Shown: positions 27,501-32,000 of the stretch, in pieces
Position numbering within the stretch: position 1 is the first letter of the stretch
Layout: each line of letters starts with the position of its first letter
Origin: Candidatus Harpocratesius repetitus
Lineage (GTDB): Archaea; Asgardarchaeota; Lokiarchaeia; Sigyniarchaeales; Promethearchaeaceae
DNA: 32,000 nt
Assembly: GCA_021498095.1 (NCBI GenBank)
Contig: JAIZWK010000001.1
Coordinates: 1,860,001 to 1,892,000 of the forward strand
Direction of reading: 5' to 3'
Program-made: the position numbers and the translations under genes
Notes under the pieces: generated by a model
What the model was told of the DNA's origin: nothing
Seen by the model: the letters and a program-made list of their open reading frames with translations, nothing else
The model's database searches: none

Positions 27501-29084
27501 ATGAAAATTTATCACGGTAATATTATTACATGCGACGCAAAAAACCACGTATATTCTTATTTAATTACTGAAAGCGGTCGCATTCGCTATGTGGGAGATG
27601 AAATTCCTGATACATATAAAAATCAAGGCGAGCAAATCGAATTGGGCGATCGAGCACTTCTTCCCGCTTTTGGCGATGGTCATATCCATTATTCGAATTG
27701 GGCAACGATCGCATCTGCCTACTTTGATGTGCGTGATGCAAAAAATTTCGAAGACATTGGTACAATCATCCGAAATTTTCTACCCAATGCTAAAAAGTTT
27801 AAGATCATTGCTGGTTTTGGGATTTCCAAGCACAGTGTGGAGGAAAAGCGGCTTATTACCCGTAAAGAACTGGATGAAATTTATTCCGAAAAACCTCTAA
27901 TTATTATTGGGTACGACGGCCATTCACTGGTTGCAAACTCGGCCATGATGGAGAAATTTCCCGAAAAAGTTAGGCAAGCACGAGGATATATGTCTGATCT
28001 TGGACATTTATTTAACGAAGCATATTATGAAGGCTTAGATTTTGCCACTTCATATATCTCTCCGATTACATTGGTGAATTGTATTATAAAAGGATACGAT
28101 AAAATCGCGAAATATGGAATTGGGTTGATTCATTCGGTTGAAAGTATTGGATTTCCTAATGATTTGGATGTAACCTTAGCATTGCTTATAGGTCGCGCAC
28201 AAGCTCATAAAAATTCAATACAAACTCGTTTATTCTTTCAAACAATGGATATTTCAAAGGTAAAAAAGCGAAAATTACCCCGAATTGGTGGATGTTTTGC
28301 TACTGCTTTAGATGGTTGTTTTGGTGCATGCGATGCTGCTTTAACTAAACCTTATACTAATGATCCTGATAACAAAGGAATTCTCTTCTACTCTGATGAA
28401 GAAGTAATGCGCTTTACTAAAGAAGCAAATCGAGCAGGATTGCAAATTGCTATGCATGTTATTGGAGATGCTGCAATAAAACAAGCGATACGCGCTTTGG
28501 AAGCGGCACTAAAGGATTACCCCAGAGAGGATCATCGCCATACACTAATTCATGCTTGCTTGATTTCTCCTGAAGATATTCAAAAGTGCAAAGAATTGGG
28601 AATTGGGATTACTTTACAACCTGGATTTTTAGTTTCACCCCTTGAACCAGAAAGTTATTTGAATCAAATTTTAGGTGATCGCGTTAAATCGAGTTCTCCG
28701 TTGCGAATGATTAAAGATGCCGGCGTTCATTTAAGTGGGGGATCAGATGGACCTGTAACACATCCCGATCCTATTGAAGGAATATATGGTGCATGTAACC
28801 ACCCTTATGATTCTTCACAATCACTAACAATCCAAGAGGCGTTAAAGATGTATACATCTGAAATTGCATACACCAGTTTTGAAGAAAAAGAGCGGGGTTC
28901 TTTGGAAGTTGGAAAAATTGCAGATATAGTAATTCTAAATAAAAATCCCCTGAAATTAGAACCTAAACAATTAAGAGAATTACAAGTAGAACAATTAATC
29001 TTGGCTGGGAACCCCTATCGAGAAGGTATGGGTATAGGTTCAATGTTGTGGCATGCGATTCGTGGAAGAAAACTTCCAATGTAA
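27501..29084 (+). CDS. Amidohydrolase family 3 (YtcJ-like) metal-dependent hydrolase
   Basis: LLPAFGDGHIH, LDG..GA..AAL..PY, HVIGDAAI, LIHA, GSDGP, GSLEVGKIADIVIL; ATG at 27501. Confidence 0.93.
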   Translation: MKIYHGNIITCDAKNHVYSYLITESGRIRYVGDEIPDTYKNQGEQIELGDRALLPAFGDGHIHYSNWATIASAYFDVRDAKNFEDIGTIIRNFLPNAKKFKIIAGFGISKHSVEEKRLITRKELDEIYSEKPLIIIGYDGHSLVANSAMMEKFPEKVRQARGYMSDLGHLFNEAYYEGLDFATSYISPITLVNCIIKGYDKIAKYGIGLIHSVESIGFPNDLDVTLALLIGRAQAHKNSIQTRLFFQTMDISKVKKRKLPRIGGCFATALDGCFGACDAALTKPYTNDPDNKGILFYSDEEVMRFTKEANRAGLQIAMHVIGDAAIKQAIRALEAALKDYPREDHRHTLIHACLISPEDIQKCKELGIGITLQPGFLVSPLEPESYLNQILGDRVKSSSPLRMIKDAGVHLSGGSDGPVTHPDPIEGIYGACNHPYDSSQSLTIQEALKMYTSEIAYTSFEEKERGSLEVGKIADIVILNKNPLKLEPKQLRELQVEQLILAGNPYREGMGIGSMLWHAIRGRKLPM

Positions 29085-29093
29085 TCAATCTTA

Positions 29094-29321
29094 TTATAAT
29101 AATTCAATAATAATTCTCATCCTTTTTTTGGATTTATTCATAATTACAATATACCAAAGATAATAATCAACGTAATGATATATCAACCATCCGAGAATTC
29201 CCCATATTATCGGGATCCAATATTTTTTATGAATCATATATCCAATCCAAAGAATTAAGAAAAGTAGATCAAAATAAAGAAAATCAACATTAAGAGTTCG
29301 AGTTACGAGAGAATCTACCAT
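29094..29321 (-). pseudogene. Probable 3'-truncated membrane protein
   Basis: Two TM helices (FLYFDLLFLILWIGY..KKY..IIWGILG..Y.YVDY), then abrupt change to non-homologous sequence ~29140. I recall this N-terminal pattern from longer uncharacterised membrane proteins (unverified). Confidence 0.5.
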
Positions 29322-29476
29322 TATTATAGAATGATTAGATTTTTTTCCTAAAAAGGGTTACACTTTCGTAAAAAGTATTTTATAGCAATATTTGATTAAA
29401 AGAAATGATTGAAAGGAATGAATAAAAGAAATAATAAAAAAAGAAAAGAGAAGCAAGATAATAAGTGTTAATAAGT

Positions 29477-29716
29477 TTATTTTCGAATTCGTTTGGCTTC
29501 TCGTTCAGATTCTCGAAGAATCACAATATCATTTAATCGGACCGGCCCTTTGATGTTTCGAGTAATGATCCGATTTTTATCTCGACCGTCGAGCACTCGC
29601 ACTTTGCACTGTAAAATTTCTCCTGTTAATCCAGTACGGCCGATAATTTGGATGATTTGAGCATTGCATTGGCCCCGATTTTGAAAGGAGGTATCTTCAT
29701 TTGATTTCTTTGCCAT
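29477..29716 (-). CDS. rps28e: 30S ribosomal protein eS28 (S28e)
   Basis: [47 protein letters not shown]. Confidence 0.98.
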   Translation of the reverse strand: MAKKSNEDTSFQNRGQCNAQIIQIIGRTGLTGEILQCKVRVLDGRDKNRIITRNIKGPVRLNDIVILRESEREAKRIRK

Positions 29717-29728
29717 GATTTATCCCTC

Positions 29729-30097
29729 CTACTTTCGCAATGCAGCTACTTTTTTGATTATATCCTTTAGATCGCTCTCAGTTTCTTTTGGTGCATTTGT
29801 AATTGCTAAAGCAGAACAAGGAATACTAATATTTGCAGCTTTCCCCAATTCAGCCCGAGTATTTACGAAAACATATGGTACCTTCTTTTCTTTTGAAATT
29901 GCAGGGAGATGCATAACAATTTCAGCAGGAGAAATATCGCCCGCGATAACTACTAATTTTGCAATACCTCGTTCAATAGCTTTTGTGGTTTCGTTCATGC
30001 CTTTTTTGATTTTGCCTTGTTTATTAACCGTAGTTTTCACAAGGTCTAAGACTTTAGTTTTAAGAGCATCCGGAATTTCTATATCGATGTAGGACAT
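29729..30097 (-). CDS. rpl7ae: Ribosomal protein L7Ae (eL8), kink-turn-binding protein
   Basis: GKIKKGMNETTKAIERGIAKLVVIAGDISPAEIVMHLP...VPYVFV..R.ELGKAA. ATG 30097 (MSYIDIEIP) has a GAGGT SD upstream and is preferred to TTG 30118. Confidence 0.98.
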   Translation of the reverse strand: MSYIDIEIPDALKTKVLDLVKTTVNKQGKIKKGMNETTKAIERGIAKLVVIAGDISPAEIVMHLPAISKEKKVPYVFVNTRAELGKAANISIPCSALAITNAPKETESDLKDIIKKVAALRK

Positions 30098-30104
30098 TTG
30101 TGTG

Positions 30105-30171
30105 TCAACCTCATTCAAAGTTGCCTAAAAGGGCTTCTTATCATTATTTCATCGGTTAAACGCATTTAACC
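30105..30171 (-). promoter_or_regulatory. Kink-turn in the rpl7ae 5' UTR that includes the SD, plus a competing hairpin
   Basis: Minus strand UUAACC-GAU-GAA (30159-30148) pairs with UGA-GGUUGA (30113-30105): 6-bp C-stem, GAU bulge, G.A/A.G, A-U. Alternative hairpin GGUUAAA-UGCG-UUUAACC (30171-30154). Confidence 0.75.
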
Positions 30172-30271
30172 AATAAAAGAGCAAAAGCAACGTAAAAATA
30201 AAATTTTTCGGTTTGGTTATACTTATTTTAACACTGATAAAATAAATAAGAGAAAGAATAAATCCTTTTTC

Positions 30272-31198
30272 TTATTTTTCTTCTTCTTCATCTTCTGGGA
30301 AAATTCTCTTCGCACATTCTGGACAAAGAGAGTGGGTGAACTTAATATTTGAAATCGAAGAAATATATGATTCAATTTGATTCCAATATCCATCATCAGT
30401 GCGAACTTTTTTACAGCTTGCGCATATGGGGATCATACTTTTAAGTTTATCAACTTCAAATTCTTTCTGTTTTTTCTCTGTTATATCGACATTACTTGCT
30501 CGAATCCCCATGAATTCTCCCGTTTCTGAAATTATTTTAGTAGCAGTATGTGCAATCCAAACAATTTTGCCTGATTTACTTTTAATTCTAAATTCAATTG
30601 TTTTTTTATTAAGAGAAAAAAAATTATGAAATAATGGAAGATCTTCAGGGAAAATAATTCGATCTAAAATATTTGGATCTGCATACCCTTCTTCTGGAGT
30701 ATATCCTGTGATTGTTTCAAACGAAGGTGATATATACAGAAATCCTTTGATTGGGTGGTACCAATATTCCCAATTAACTGTATATTCGATAAAAAGGCGA
30801 AATTTTTCTTCTGATTTAGCAATTTTTTCAAAATTTTCTGCGTTTTGTAAACTGAGTGCTAATACTTTAGTAACTAGAAGTGCAGGGGTAAGATATCGCT
30901 TGCGATATTCTGGAAACTTGAAATCTTTCATATAAATAAATCCGAAATGATGTTCATTCCTTTTTATTGGGATAATTAATGCTGTTTCGTTCAATATCCA
31001 CACAAATGGTGTATTTTCAAGTTCACGACAGTGAGATTTTAAGTCTTCTGGAAGTTTCTTATAAAATTCAATAATTTTTGGTGCAAAAAGCATTTGAAAA
31101 ACTTCCTTGCTTTTTTTCAAAATGTTATCTTTTTTTGCAAATTGAGTGATTTTTGTAATCATATCTAATACAAATGCAAAGTCTGCAATCTGGTTCAA
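30272..31198 (-). CDS. PAS-domain sensory protein with C-terminal Cys-rich Zn-binding domain
   Basis: SEEKFR...WEYW...FLYISPSFETITGYTPEE PAS, GKIVWI...G.RASNVDITEKK PAC, IPICASCKKVRTDDGYWNQIESYIS...FTHSLCPEC. TTG start; the N-terminus may be truncated. Confidence 0.85.
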   Translation of the reverse strand: MNQIADFAFVLDMITKITQFAKKDNILKKSKEVFQMLFAPKIIEFYKKLPEDLKSHCRELENTPFVWILNETALIIPIKRNEHHFGFIYMKDFKFPEYRKRYLTPALLVTKVLALSLQNAENFEKIAKSEEKFRLFIEYTVNWEYWYHPIKGFLYISPSFETITGYTPEEGYADPNILDRIIFPEDLPLFHNFFSLNKKTIEFRIKSKSGKIVWIAHTATKIISETGEFMGIRASNVDITEKKQKEFEVDKLKSMIPICASCKKVRTDDGYWNQIESYISSISNIKFTHSLCPECAKRIFPEDEEEEK

Positions 31199-31251
31199 TT
31201 CTTGTTCATCTCTGTTTGAAAATGGATTTAAAAAATAAATTTTTTACAATT

Positions 31252-32000
31252 TTAATTTAGTGGATATTTTGCTGAATGATGGAAAAAATGGGAAATTGTG
31301 CTTAAGATTTCATCTGAAACAAAATAAGGAATTTCTCCATGATGATCTGAGACAATGAATCCTTTTCCAGGAGAAATTAAACTCATTAATGCCTTTAATT
31401 CTTTAATTACTTGTGCAGGGGTGGCATGCACCAGATGGATTCCACTAAGATTACCAACTAAAGCTACTTTTTTATCAACTATTTTTAAACTTTCTTTAAT
31501 TTTATCCTGTTTTGAAATACCTACTCCTGAAATGGGTAATTGTAATAACTCTGGAAGAACTTCTTGACAACGACTTGAAGCGAAATGGTAAACAATTGGT
31601 GCTTTGATTTTTGGAAGTATTTCTTTTGCTATTTGATAGCCTGTTTCAATAAATTTTGATTTAGGGATAATAAAAGGACTTGACATTGGATCAAAATAGA
31701 TGATCATAGTAGCTCCCGCTTCAATCTGTCGATTTGCCCAATCTATTGCATATTTTATATTTTTCTTCATTAAATCTTCAAATGTTGATAAATCTTGATA
31801 TAATAATTCTATGTATTTATTAAATCCCATCCGCATTATTGGAAAGGAAAATGGAGAAAGAATTCCTCCTACAACTGGAACTGAATCTCCGAAATATTCG
31901 TGAAGCCCTTTAATTGTTTTTAATGTTTCAATAAATTCAGGAATTTCATCAATTTGCGGTGGTTCTATTGAGATTATTGAATTTGGATTTGATAAGATAG
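31252..32000 (-). CDS. Uroporphyrinogen decarboxylase / MtaA-CmuA methyltransferase family protein (5' end beyond the window)
   Basis: The frame is open to the window edge (…VPVVGGILSPFSFPIMRMG). AGATMIIYFDPMSS, IVYH, ALVGNL, PGKGFIVSDHHGEIP. Confidence 0.85.
   Translation of the reverse strand, partial: ILSNPNSIISIEPPQIDEIPEFIETLKTIKGLHEYFGDSVPVVGGILSPFSFPIMRMGFNKYIELLYQDLSTFEDLMKKNIKYAIDWANRQIEAGATMIIYFDPMSSPFIIPKSKFIETGYQIAKEILPKIKAPIVYHFASSRCQEVLPELLQLPISGVGISKQDKIKESLKIVDKKVALVGNLSGIHLVHATPAQVIKELKALMSLISPGKGFIVSDHHGEIPYFVSDEILSTISHFFHHSAKYPLN

Noticed and set aside
166-31567. Other short antisense or alternate-frame ORFs in the track (e.g. 166-387, 1329-1550, 6329-6547, 7470-7745, 7591-7791, 7785-7967, 10452-11006, 13345-13644, 14201-14440, 15029-15220, 19216-19425, 21334-21570, 21416-21607, 22059-22316, 22744-22968, 24334-24516, 25179-25367, 25973-26227, 27565-27765, 27589-27900, 29715-30092, 30399-30629, 30708-30935, 31355-31567)
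   Set aside because: They lie within or opposite well-supported genes and show no independent motifs.

Overview
AT-rich archaeal chromosomal window. The gene set and style suggest an Asgard archaeon, probably Lokiarchaeia/Promethearchaeota (inference; no phylogeny run). It holds core information-processing genes: rpo7-spt4-[insert]-DUF359-rps24e-rps27ae-kae1/bud32, hisS, an intron-containing tRNA-His(GUG), rpo10 and rpl7ae-rps28e. It also holds HAD and PPP phosphatases, a HEAT-repeat protein, DUF4139, GNAT, M20 peptidase, amidohydrolase, PAS and URO-D/MtaA-family genes, and a decayed accessory stretch (~17.4-24.1 kb). Most notable: (1) eS31/S27ae is encoded as one ORF with an N-terminal SAMP/MoaD/ThiS-type ubiquitin-like domain ending in a GG junction (LPKIAGG|GRGRR...), paralleling the eukaryotic ubiquitin-S27a precursor. 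(2) The tRNA-His gene has A73 and no encoded G-1, and the nearby HisRS has PAPGR where PQxGR is usual in the motif 2 loop, suggesting a co-evolved non-canonical histidine identity system. (3) Two well-formed kink-turns touch the Shine-Dalgarno sites of rpl7ae and of the rps24e-Ubl/rps27ae operon. (4) Several junctions join truncated genes end to end (radA/wHTH; membrane protein/unknown), indicating deletions or mis-assembly. No CRISPR array, rRNA or intact mobile element was seen.
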